Assembly (NCBI GenBank): GCA_963664705.1
Contig: OY761556.1
Span: 3,680,001-3,744,000, forward strand
Source: Acidobacteriota bacterium
GTDB taxonomy: Bacteria > Acidobacteriota > UBA6911
Direction of reading: 5' to 3'
Length of the DNA: 64,000 nucleotides
The notes under the pieces are model-generated. The model ran no database searches. It saw only the letters and a list, made by a program, of their open reading frames with translations, and was not told where the DNA came from. The first letter of the stretch is position 1. Each line of letters begins with the position of its first letter. The position numbers and the translations under genes were made by a program. This document shows positions 19,709 through 30,243 of the stretch, in pieces.

Positions 19709-19771
19709 TTCGTGGCAGCAAATCCCGTAGAATACCTTTCTCTCTTGAAACAAGAAGGCCGGAGACCGCAC

Positions 19772-20317
19772 ATGCTAAGTCAGTGGACGTTCATGGATTT
19801 CCTGTTTGCCGGCATTGTTTTGATCTCGATTGGCTTTGCCGTGCTTAAAGGATTGGTCCGTGAAATTACCAGCCTGGTGGCCCTGATCGGCGGCTTTATC
19901 CTGGCTGTCATTTATTATGGAGTCCCGGCGCGATGGTTTTCTGAATTCGCGCGAAACGACTCGGTCGCCAACCTCATCGGGTTCCTGATTATTTTTCTTG
20001 GATGCATCCTGATAGGCGCAATTATCTCCTTCATAGTGAACCGTTTTCTGAAGGCAGCCAAGATCAAATGGATCGATCGGCTCCTTGGCGGCGTTTTTGG
20101 GTTGCTGCGCGGATGGGCCATATGTTCCATCATTGTCATTGGAGTCGTTGCCTTTCCTATCCGGGATCGAGTGATGGCAAACTCAGTTCTGGCTCCTTTT
20201 CTGCTGGCAGGCGCACGCGCGGCGGTTCATCTAGTCCCTCAAAAACTGGAAGATCAGTTCAACGAACAATATAAAAAAGTGCTCCAGACGTGGAATGAGA
20301 GCAGGAGTGCACAATGA
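19772..20317 (+). CDS. cvpA: CvpA (colicin V production) family membrane protein
   Basis: GLVREITSL, DRLLGGVFGLLRG, four TM helices; next to a pur gene. Confidence 0.85.
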   Translation: MLSQWTFMDFLFAGIVLISIGFAVLKGLVREITSLVALIGGFILAVIYYGVPARWFSEFARNDSVANLIGFLIIFLGCILIGAIISFIVNRFLKAAKIKWIDRLLGGVFGLLRGWAICSIIVIGVVAFPIRDRVMANSVLAPFLLAGARAAVHLVPQKLEDQFNEQYKKVLQTWNESRSAQ

Positions 20318-20556
20318 GCGATCAGGAACGCAAGCCGCCCCTGCGGCTCAAGGAGCGCCTGGAAGTGCTTTGCACTGAGATGATTGAAAAAGGGATCCTC
20401 TTTTCGGAGGCTACAGAACAGTTTGAAAAGTGCTTCATTGCGGAAATGATGCGGCGCAACGACGGCAACCTGATTCGAACGGCCGCACGCCTGGGGATCC
20501 ATCGTAATACGCTCTCCAAGAAGGTCAAAAGCCTCAACCACAACCATCACAAATAA
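20314..20556 (+). CDS. Stand-alone Fis-type HTH protein
   Basis: FEKCFI...GNLIRTAARLGIHRNTLSKK; ATGA overlap with cvpA. Confidence 0.85.
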   Translation: MSDQERKPPLRLKERLEVLCTEMIEKGILFSEATEQFEKCFIAEMMRRNDGNLIRTAARLGIHRNTLSKKVKSLNHNHHK

Positions 20557-20613
20557 ACTGCCGCACTCCAAGGTTTTATTTTTTAATAATTTAGAGAAAT
20601 TTTCCTCGTTAGG

Positions 20614-20641
20614 TTGACAATAAAAAAGTCGCTCTTATACT
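20614..20641 (+). promoter_or_regulatory. sigma70 promoter of groESL
   Basis: TTGACA-16 nt-TATACT immediately upstream of CIRCE. Confidence 0.7.
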
Positions 20642-20642
20642 A

Positions 20643-20669
20643 TTGGCACTCGCCTCGGGTGAGTGCTAA
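20643..20669. promoter_or_regulatory. CIRCE element (HrcA operator)
   Basis: TTGGCACTC-N9-GAGTGCTAA, one mismatch to TTAGCACTC-N9-GAGTGCTAA. Confidence 0.95.
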
Positions 20670-20743
20670 GCGATGCGAGTTCAACTTATAAGCTTTGGAT
20701 AGGTCTAAAAGCGAAAAAAAGCCCAAAGAGAGGAGACCTTAGT

Positions 20744-21034
20744 ATGAATGTTAGGCCGTTACACGATCGTGTTCTTGTAAAACGCGTGGAAGAGAAGGAA
20801 GTCGTCAAAGGTGGAATCATTATCCCCGACACTGCAAAAGAGAAACCGATGGAAGGTGAAGTTGTTGCAGCGGGTCCCGGAAAAGTCACGGATGACGGAA
20901 AGCGCGCTGCCATGGATGTGAAAGCCGGCGACCGGATTCTTTTCGGAAAGTATTCGGGAACGGAAATCAAAATCGACGACCAGGATTACCTGATTATGCG
21001 GGAAGATGAAATCCTCGCGGTTCTGGGAAAGTAA
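20744..21034 (+). CDS. groES: Co-chaperonin GroES
   Basis: [29 protein letters not shown]; ATG after AGGAG. Confidence 0.98.
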   Translation: MNVRPLHDRVLVKRVEEKEVVKGGIIIPDTAKEKPMEGEVVAAGPGKVTDDGKRAAMDVKAGDRILFGKYSGTEIKIDDQDYLIMREDEILAVLGK

Positions 21035-21038
21035 CTAG

Positions 21039-22700
<1,662 letters not shown>

Positions 22701-22726
22701 AAAGCAGTAATCCGAAGTCAGTAGAC

Positions 22727-22766
22727 AGAAGCCAGAAGGACATCCGTTCTTCTGGCTTCTTTTTTT
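22727..22766 (+). terminator. Intrinsic terminator of groESL
   Basis: AGAAGCCAGAAGGAC-ATCC-GTTCTTCTGGCTTCT followed by T run. Confidence 0.85.
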
Positions 22767-22836
22767 GTCATGCTTAACGGCTCTCCAGCAGCCGTCAAGC
22801 ATGACAAAAAGATCAAATTATGGTTAGATACGCCGC

Positions 22837-24522
22837 GTGCGACACCTGATTCCCTCTCTCTTGCTTTTGATCCTGATCGCCTGCGGATCGATGTTTTTCC
22901 GGCTGGGATCACTTCCCCTGTGCGGTCCGGATGAGCCCCGTTACGCGCGGATTGCCGAAGAAATGGGCAACCGCGGAGATTGGGTCACTCCCGTGCTCGA
23001 GGGAAAACCTTGGCTCGAAAAACCCCCGCTCTATTATTGGATTGCCATCCCCTTTTATTCGCTTTTTGAAAATCATGAAGTGGCCGCCCGCATCGGATCT
23101 GCATTATGTGCACTGATCGCCTCTTTTGCGATATTCTGGCTCGGCGTATCTCGTTGGTCGCAACGGGCGGGTTTCGTTGCCGCTGCCTCCTTATTGACCA
23201 GCTTAGGCTTCATCGGGTTTGGCCGCAGCGCTTCCACCGATATGCCATTTACATGCTGCCTGACGCTCTTCTTTGCCATCCTGCTGTCGGGTTCTGACTC
23301 GGCAAATCGGAAAGCGGGCTATCTCAGAACCCTGGTTGCCTATGCCTGTTTAGGCCTGGCAGTCCTGGCCAAAGGCCCTGTCGCTATCATTCTCGCCGGC
23401 GGAATTCTGCTGTGTGTGTGGTACCTCGACGAACGAGGCGGTCTTTTTCGCACATGGATGATCCTTCCTGGCACAATCATCACGGCGCTGGTTTCCATTC
23501 CCTGGTTCTGGCTCGCATTCAAACAGAATGGCTTTGCCTTTATTGCCACATTTTTTATCAATCATAATCTGGCGCGGTACACCACGGACATTCACCATCA
23601 CTCACAGCCATTTGCGTATTATATTCCCGTGCTGCTGGGCCTGCTATTCCCATGGACCAGTTGGCTGCCGTTGCTGTTTTCAAGATCGCTTTTGAAGGAA
23701 ATCCGCCGCTGGCGAGAATGGGATCGCCGCATGGTTTTTCTGACCTGCTGGTTTGTATTCCCGATTCTTTTCTTTTCCATTTCCGATTCCAAACTGGCCG
23801 GCTACATTTTGCCCTCCCTTCCGCCGCTGGCACTGATTCTTGGAATTGCAATATCGAATATTTCGACTGGTCTTCGACTGAAAACCTCCGCCATTGTGGA
23901 AATTATACTTACACTGGGCATGGCGGTTGCAGCCCCGCTGGCATTCGACAGGGAATATGGAGGAGCATGGAAAACGGGGCTGCTGATTTCCGTCGCCATT
24001 GTGGTCCCGGCAATATTCTCAATTGCGTTGAAGATGCGAGGGCGATGCCTCCAGGCAATGAGAGCCACTATGGTGCAGGGTATATTGATCGTGCTGGCAT
24101 TGGCACAGTTCGCCTTTCCGGTATTGGGCGCCTATCATTCGACACGGGACATCGCCCTTCGCGCTCTGGAATTGAGGCAGCAGGGTGAGGCGATCATAAC
24201 TTATCGGTTCTTTCACCACACACTGCTCTACTATACCGGATACCAGGTTCAGGAGAAGCTGGACGACCCGGATTCGCTTCTCCGGTTTGCGCAACAACAT
24301 CGGAGTTTTCTGCTGGTAGCGAAAGCCGACAGGGTGAAAGAGATCCAGGGAATGGATATCGCTTCAACGCTCCTGGCAGAACAAGGAGATATCCGATTGC
24401 TCCGAATCGGGGAATCGGGACTGCCGATTTCATCGAACCGTAAAGCCTATCGTGAATTTGAACTCGGGACTGTCGATGGCACCGACTTTCACTTCTCCGA
24501 AAAGCCCGTTTTTGTGTTCTAA
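22837..24522 (+). CDS. ArnT/PMT-like GT-C glycosyltransferase
   Basis: DEPRYARIAEEM, EKPPLYYW, LAKGP, KLAGYILP; many TM helices. Confidence 0.88.
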   Translation: MRHLIPSLLLLILIACGSMFFRLGSLPLCGPDEPRYARIAEEMGNRGDWVTPVLEGKPWLEKPPLYYWIAIPFYSLFENHEVAARIGSALCALIASFAIFWLGVSRWSQRAGFVAAASLLTSLGFIGFGRSASTDMPFTCCLTLFFAILLSGSDSANRKAGYLRTLVAYACLGLAVLAKGPVAIILAGGILLCVWYLDERGGLFRTWMILPGTIITALVSIPWFWLAFKQNGFAFIATFFINHNLARYTTDIHHHSQPFAYYIPVLLGLLFPWTSWLPLLFSRSLLKEIRRWREWDRRMVFLTCWFVFPILFFSISDSKLAGYILPSLPPLALILGIAISNISTGLRLKTSAIVEIILTLGMAVAAPLAFDREYGGAWKTGLLISVAIVVPAIFSIALKMRGRCLQAMRATMVQGILIVLALAQFAFPVLGAYHSTRDIALRALELRQQGEAIITYRFFHHTLLYYTGYQVQEKLDDPDSLLRFAQQHRSFLLVAKADRVKEIQGMDIASTLLAEQGDIRLLRIGESGLPISSNRKAYREFELGTVDGTDFHFSEKPVFVF

Positions 24523-24900
24523 CCCCAGAAGGACGTTAAACCCGCCGCCGGTATCGGACCCGCCCCCCTTATACCGATAGACATTCAAGGCAGGGCCGGC
24601 TCCAATGTAAGGCGCAAATGAAGCCTTTGGAATGGGGATCCGATAGGCGAACTCAAGGTTAGCCGCAATCGATGTGCGACTCGATCCTGTGCCGATTTCG
24701 AGATTTGGCCTGAACGACAGGTTGTGGACAAGCGGGTCCGTAACAAAATGCACTCCGAAGTGAAATTGATCAGGATCGGCGGTGACGCCCGCGCGAAACC
24801 CAAAGCCGGCCTGCGCCATTAGGCTGCCCGACGCCAGAAAAACGATGGCAAAGAGCACAGGGAAAACTCTTTTCACTACTATATTCCGCATTCGCTTCAT
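24430..24900 (-). CDS. Small outer-membrane beta-barrel protein
   Basis: Signal peptide; alternating beta strands; PYIGAG motif. Confidence 0.7.
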   Translation of the reverse strand: MKRMRNIVVKRVFPVLFAIVFLASGSLMAQAGFGFRAGVTADPDQFHFGVHFVTDPLVHNLSFRPNLEIGTGSSRTSIAANLEFAYRIPIPKASFAPYIGAGPALNVYRYKGGGSDTGGGFNVLLGLEHKNGLFGEVKVGAIDSPEFKFTIGFTVR

Positions 24901-24996
24901 ACTCCTCAGTAATTTGAATAGTTTTTGTGAAATTTGTGAATTCTGTGTTGCTTTTTCTCTCCGATCTCTCCACCATTCCTAATTCGGGAGACGACT

Positions 24997-26385
24997 ATGC
25001 TCAGACTGCATAACACACTCAGCAACACGGATGAAGAATTCCATCCCCTGGAAGAAGGCGTCGTCCGGTTTTATACCTGCGGCCCTACCGTTTATGATTA
25101 CGCGCATGTCGGTAACTTCCGGACGTTCGTATTTCAGGACCTTCTGCGCAAGTACTTAAAATACCGTAAATACCGCGTAATCCACGTGATGAATATCACG
25201 GACGTCGACGACAAGACAATCCAGAACGCACGCAACCAGGGCGTATCACTCAAGGAGTATACGGAAAAGTATACCGAGGCGTTCCTTGAAGACAGCCGGA
25301 CGCTTCGCATTGATCCACCGGATATCATGCCGCGCGCCACCGATCACATCCCTGAAATGGTTGCACTCATCCGCACGCTGGAAGATAAGGGCTTTACCTA
25401 TAAGAAGGACGGATCTGCGTATTACAGCATTTCTCATTTCCCCGGCTATGGAAAACTCAGCAAGGCCGACTTCAGCGGAGCAAAAACCGGAGTCAGCGTG
25501 GATTCCGATAAATACGACAAAGAAAACGCCAGAGACTTTGTCTTGTGGAAGGCACGGAAAGAAGGAGAGGATTTCTGGGAAACGGAAATCGGCCCCGGAC
25601 GCCCCGGCTGGCATATTGAGTGCTCGGCGATGAGTATGAAATATCTGGGCGAGACATTCGATATTCATTGCGGCGGAGTGGATCTGATCTTCCCGCACCA
25701 TGAAAATGAAATCGCACAAAGTGAAGGCGCCACTGGAAAGCCCTTCGTGCGTTACTGGGTGCATCCGGAGTTCCTGATTGTCGAAGGGGAAAAGATGTCA
25801 AAATCCCTAGGGAACTTCTACACATTGCGGGATCTGCTTGCCAAAGGGCACTCCCCGGAAGCCATCCGGTATCTTCTGCTGTCTGTGCACTATCGCAAAC
25901 AACTGAATTTTACCAATGACGGTTTACATCAAGCCCAGGCGTCCATCCAGCGACTGGAGGATTTTGCCCTCCATGTAAAAGAGAAATCAAAACCGGAGGA
26001 ACCCTCCGACGCATTCATCGCCGAGATCAGCGCCGCTCGCGAGCGCTTTGTTGAGGCGATGGACGACGACATCAATACCTCCGCGGCACTGGCAGCAGCA
26101 TTTGATTTTGTGCGAACCACCTACCAGAAGGATTCGCAGAATGCTCTCTCCGGAGGGGATGCCCGGATTGCTCATGAGTTTATCCAGGAAATAGATGGTG
26201 TGCTGAACATTCTACGCGGCCAGCCCGAACTGCTGGACGAAGAGATTGCGGCTCAAATTGAGGCTCGGCAGGCAGCGCGCAAGCGCCGGGATTTTGCCGA
26301 AGCGGACCGTATCCGCCAAGCCCTTGCCTCGCAAGGCATCCAGCTGGAAGACACTCCCAAAGGCGTCCGCTGGAAGCGCGTGTGA
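24997..26385 (+). CDS. cysS: Cysteine--tRNA ligase
   Basis: CGPTVY..HVGN, GRPGWHIECSAM, HHENE, KMSKS. Confidence 0.98.
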   Translation: MLRLHNTLSNTDEEFHPLEEGVVRFYTCGPTVYDYAHVGNFRTFVFQDLLRKYLKYRKYRVIHVMNITDVDDKTIQNARNQGVSLKEYTEKYTEAFLEDSRTLRIDPPDIMPRATDHIPEMVALIRTLEDKGFTYKKDGSAYYSISHFPGYGKLSKADFSGAKTGVSVDSDKYDKENARDFVLWKARKEGEDFWETEIGPGRPGWHIECSAMSMKYLGETFDIHCGGVDLIFPHHENEIAQSEGATGKPFVRYWVHPEFLIVEGEKMSKSLGNFYTLRDLLAKGHSPEAIRYLLLSVHYRKQLNFTNDGLHQAQASIQRLEDFALHVKEKSKPEEPSDAFIAEISAARERFVEAMDDDINTSAALAAAFDFVRTTYQKDSQNALSGGDARIAHEFIQEIDGVLNILRGQPELLDEEIAAQIEARQAARKRRDFAEADRIRQALASQGIQLEDTPKGVRWKRV

Positions 26386-26548
26386 AATATCTCCGCAGTT
26401 ATTGAAACAATCTGTGAACCGCTGACTTACGCGGACACACGCTGATAAAGCTATTCGCCCAGCGTACTCAGCGTGGTCAGCGGTTTCCATGGTATTTGCC
26501 CTCCTGGCCTTGGATCTGAGATTAGCATGTAAGAGGACGGCACAATCT

Positions 26549-26893
26549 ATGCTACCAAAGCATCTGCTTGAGGGGCGAAGAGGGGAACGGATTGCGTGCC
26601 GATTCCTGCTCAAAGAGGGATTCGATGTGCTTGCCCGCCGCTACCACAGCCGTTCGGGAGAACTCGACATCGTTGCATTTGAAGGGGACGTTCTTACGTT
26701 CATTGAAGTTAAAACCCGAAGCTCAGGTGAGTTCGGAGAACCCTGGGAATTCGTGGATTGGCAGAAACAACAGATCCTGCGCCGTGCGGCAGAGGACTTC
26801 ATCGCCGAGCAGGATATGGGGCATTATGCCTATCGCTTTGATATTGTGTCTGTTCTTCGCGATACAGTCACACTCTTCCGCAATGCATTTTGA
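26549..26893 (+). CDS. yraN: YraN (UPF0102) family endonuclease-fold protein
   Basis: GRRGERIA, GELDIVA, FIEVKTR, RFDIVSV. Confidence 0.9.
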   Translation: MLPKHLLEGRRGERIACRFLLKEGFDVLARRYHSRSGELDIVAFEGDVLTFIEVKTRSSGEFGEPWEFVDWQKQQILRRAAEDFIAEQDMGHYAYRFDIVSVLRDTVTLFRNAF

Positions 26894-27012
26894 AGCATTG
26901 TCTGCATTCCCCCCAGACAGGTTGTGCCCTTCCCGGACAGGCAGTTTTTTTTCAATCTCTGGTTGAGTTTTATTATGGGTTTGGTTATTATCCTGACGCT
27001 GCTTTTGAATGG

Positions 27013-27087
<75 letters not shown>

Positions 27088-27308
27088 TCTAATCATAATA
27101 AATCCAAATAGATACAGACACCCAATCCAAAGATGAAAAGCCAGTTGAAGGGCATTATTCGCTGGTTGCCCCAGTGTTGCAGATCTACTAATGTAAACGC
27201 AGTGAATTCAGATCTGACAAGCAAGTCATTGCCAATGCTGAAAAGGCGTGGGATTGGGGTTTGCCAGAGCTAGGTTCTCGCATTGTATCTTCGCCAAAGA
27301 GGTGCTTA

Positions 27309-27746
27309 ATGAGAAAGCTATATATGATTCTTGGGGTGGCAGTGATGGTTGGGATGCTTGGATCCTTGCTCCTTTCGGGCTTCGCTCGAGGACAGGAAAA
27401 GGCTCCACAGATTAGCCGCCTGGCGGTCGTGTGGAGCAGCAGCGATCCGGAGGTCGCCCATCAAGTCTGTTTTATGTATACCGGCAATGCCAAAAAACAG
27501 AAATGGTTCGATGAGATAACTCTGATCGTATGGGGGCCTTCTGCGCGCTTGCTGGCTGGCGACAAAAGTCTACAGGCCAAAATAAAAACAATGCTGCAGG
27601 ACGGCGTCAAAATACAGGCATGCCAAGCTTGCACGGATTCCTATGGTGTCACGGAGCAACTGAGAAGTATGGGAATCGAAGTGAAATATATGGGTAAACC
27701 CTTTACTGATCTCATTCAGCAAAACTGGCACATACTTACCTTTTAG
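27309..27746 (+). CDS. DsrE-family protein with signal peptide
   Basis: LIVWGPSA, QACQAC, YMGKP. Confidence 0.8.
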   Translation: MRKLYMILGVAVMVGMLGSLLLSGFARGQEKAPQISRLAVVWSSSDPEVAHQVCFMYTGNAKKQKWFDEITLIVWGPSARLLAGDKSLQAKIKTMLQDGVKIQACQACTDSYGVTEQLRSMGIEVKYMGKPFTDLIQQNWHILTF

Positions 27747-27770
27747 GGATCTCTGCTCTCGCAGGCAGGG

Positions 27771-29852
27771 TTACATTTTCATATGCGATGGAGAATCGCT
27801 GCCGGCCCTTTTGAGGTCACCCAGGAATTCGCGGAGAGCCCTTTCGCTGGCAGGATCCGCCATGATTATTATTGTGTCTCCCTGCCGGAGACTGGTATTG
27901 CCATGAGGGAATACCGTCTCTCCTTCCCGCATGATCGAAACGACCAGTGTATTCGGCGGCAACCCGGCATCCCGCAGAGCCTTTCCGGTCAGGGGAGATG
28001 AAGATTTCAGCTGAGCTTCAAAAAGAATGGTGTTGCCCGGAAGTGAGTTGGTCCGGCGAATGCTTCGCTCAAGAGTGTTCCGGTAAGCTGTTATTGCATC
28101 TTTGACCGTAAGCTTGCCCACAAGATTGCCTGCCTCCACCACGGGTGCCCAACTCAATCCTGCAGTAGTCAGCCGTTCGAGTGCAACATCCATGCGCTCT
28201 TCAGGTTTCAATACAACGGAGTCCTTGATCACTATCTTGTCAACGACCGCATTCGCCACCTCCTCAGGTGGCAGCTTCTCCAACTGACGATATGAAAGAA
28301 CTCCAACAAACCTGCCCGTGTTGTCCAGCAGAACCGCTCCTGAATCCGGATCATGATCCAAGACTGAAACAGCCGCCCTGATCGGGAGGCCGGCAGCAAT
28401 GGTGCTGCATGAATTCAATGCGTCCCGTACGAGCAGAGATGAAAGAAGCGGAAAACTCATTCGGACGCGGTGCGCCGGCGAACTTGCCCGGTCGGGAATC
28501 TGGCTGCGATAAATCGTGTTGTTCCCCGTGATAGCGGTCGAAATCGCAACCACGATCATTGCAGGCGCCAACAGCGAAAGATTACCTGTCATTTCTGCTA
28601 CCATCAGCATAACAGCCAAAGGAGCATGGGCTATTCCTCCGAACATTCCTATCATTCCGATGATGACAAACGGCGCCGGGCTTGCGGGCATACCATGAAA
28701 AATCGGGTGGAACAGGCGCCAAAAGGAAGCCCCCAGCATTCCGCCTATGACCATTCCGGGTCCGAAAATGCCTCCCGATCCTCCCGAACTGATGGACAGA
28801 GAGGTGGACAGGATCTTCGCGAACGGCAGGACAAGAACAACCCAGAGCGGCAGGAGCTTCTCGTCTGGGCCCATGGCGATCTGAATCCATCCATAACCCA
28901 TGTGCAGACATGCGGGAAGGACAAGACCCATTAATCCAACGAGGAGACCTCCAATGGCGGGTTTCAGCCACCGGGGCAGCTTGATTCTATGGAATATCTC
29001 GTGGGTACCATAAAAGGATTTTGAATAGAGAATCCCTACTAATCCGCAGACCACGCCCAAAATTGCGTAATAAATGAGTTGGATAGGCTGATCAAAGCCA
29101 ATCTGTGGCATTGCACCAAACACGGGTGTGTAGCCGAAGAAAGCACCGAAAATACTGTAGCCGACTATCGATGCAATTAATCCGGGGATTAGAGCTTCGA
29201 CTTCCAGATCGTGGATGTACAGTATTTCGGCGGAAAGCAAAGCTCCTCCGAGAGGGGCCCGGAAAATAGCGCCGATCCCGGCCCCGATTCCAGCCGCAAC
29301 GGCTATGCGCCGGTTCTGTAGGTCAAGGTTCAGCCATTTACCCATGAGGGACCCGAATCCGGCCGATATTTGAGCTGCCGGACCTTCTCTCCCGCCGGAT
29401 CCACCAGCACCGATGGTAATCGCCGAGGCCACTAACTTAATCAAAGGGATCCGCGCACGGATGATTCCTCCCCTTTTATGGATCGCTTCAATGGCAGCAT
29501 CGGTTCCATGCCCTTCGGCCTCAGGCGCCAGGCTAAACACTATGATTCCGGAAAGCAGCCCGCCGAGAGCGGTGATCAAAGGAAGCAACCAGGGATGTGC
29601 CATGGGTGAAATAACAGGTGAGCCTTCTCCGATGGGGCCTGGAGGAATGTAGCCTACAATCCTCCCCAAAAACAGTTTTGTGCACCAATCAATCGCGGAG
29701 AAAAAAACAACCGAGCCCAACCCGGCTACGATCCCTATCATTGTGCTTAGAAATAGCCATTTCCCCAGATAGCGATGCCCTTCAAATCCGGATCCCAGGG
29801 CTCGGATTCGGTTGAGCCATTTCGTTAAACCCTCTTGATCTGCGGAGTTCAT
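27771..29852 (-). CDS. CLC chloride channel/antiporter with CBS pair and TrkA-C (RCK-C) domain
   Basis: GHGTD, GSGGREGP, FRAPLGG, GGIFGP; C-terminal PHGNTSLRQGD. Confidence 0.92.
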   Translation of the reverse strand: MNSADQEGLTKWLNRIRALGSGFEGHRYLGKWLFLSTMIGIVAGLGSVVFFSAIDWCTKLFLGRIVGYIPPGPIGEGSPVISPMAHPWLLPLITALGGLLSGIIVFSLAPEAEGHGTDAAIEAIHKRGGIIRARIPLIKLVASAITIGAGGSGGREGPAAQISAGFGSLMGKWLNLDLQNRRIAVAAGIGAGIGAIFRAPLGGALLSAEILYIHDLEVEALIPGLIASIVGYSIFGAFFGYTPVFGAMPQIGFDQPIQLIYYAILGVVCGLVGILYSKSFYGTHEIFHRIKLPRWLKPAIGGLLVGLMGLVLPACLHMGYGWIQIAMGPDEKLLPLWVVLVLPFAKILSTSLSISSGGSGGIFGPGMVIGGMLGASFWRLFHPIFHGMPASPAPFVIIGMIGMFGGIAHAPLAVMLMVAEMTGNLSLLAPAMIVVAISTAITGNNTIYRSQIPDRASSPAHRVRMSFPLLSSLLVRDALNSCSTIAAGLPIRAAVSVLDHDPDSGAVLLDNTGRFVGVLSYRQLEKLPPEEVANAVVDKIVIKDSVVLKPEERMDVALERLTTAGLSWAPVVEAGNLVGKLTVKDAITAYRNTLERSIRRTNSLPGNTILFEAQLKSSSPLTGKALRDAGLPPNTLVVSIMREGETVFPHGNTSLRQGDTIIIMADPASERALREFLGDLKRAGSDSPSHMKM

Positions 29853-29943
29853 TCACAGCTCCTTGCCATCCGGTCATAAAGCCCTCCCAGGGCCGTATGC
29901 CAGCTGGAGAAAAGAGAATTTTTGATTTTGTCGGGAAGCGAGT

Positions 29944-30002
29944 GACTGGGTCTGCCATAACGGTCGACTCAAACTGCTTTATTCAGCGTTACAGGGGCAA
30001 CC
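29944..30002 (-). ncRNA. Candidate Na+-sensing (DUF1646-type) riboswitch in CLC leader
   Basis: Minus strand GGTTG...AAGCAG..GAGTCG-ACCGTTATGGC-AGACCCAGTC ~90 nt upstream of an ion-transporter start; resembles my recollection of the motif, not model-tested. Confidence 0.4.
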
Positions 30003-30243
30003 GACTGTGAGTTCACGTTGAACCGGGTTGGGTCGGGTGCGTAATCAATCCAATCCATATACATCGTAGCGCGATAAATATGGGATTCCAGATTCCAAAT
30101 TTATGATTTTAGATATAGCGGTGGGGTAGGAGATGATTGAACTGAAACCGGAATGAGGATTGATTGCGGAGGCCGGGATTTCGGTCGTCAGTCGCCAGCA
30201 AACGCATTGGCAACTGACGACCGACGACAGACTATCTGTTCCC

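Noticed and set aside
27771-30050. Fluoride exporter CLC-F with crcB riboswitch
   Set aside because: Protein has GREGP/GGIFGP rather than GREGT/GEVTP signatures; no GGxGATGG...TAATGxCxxC pattern seen in the leader
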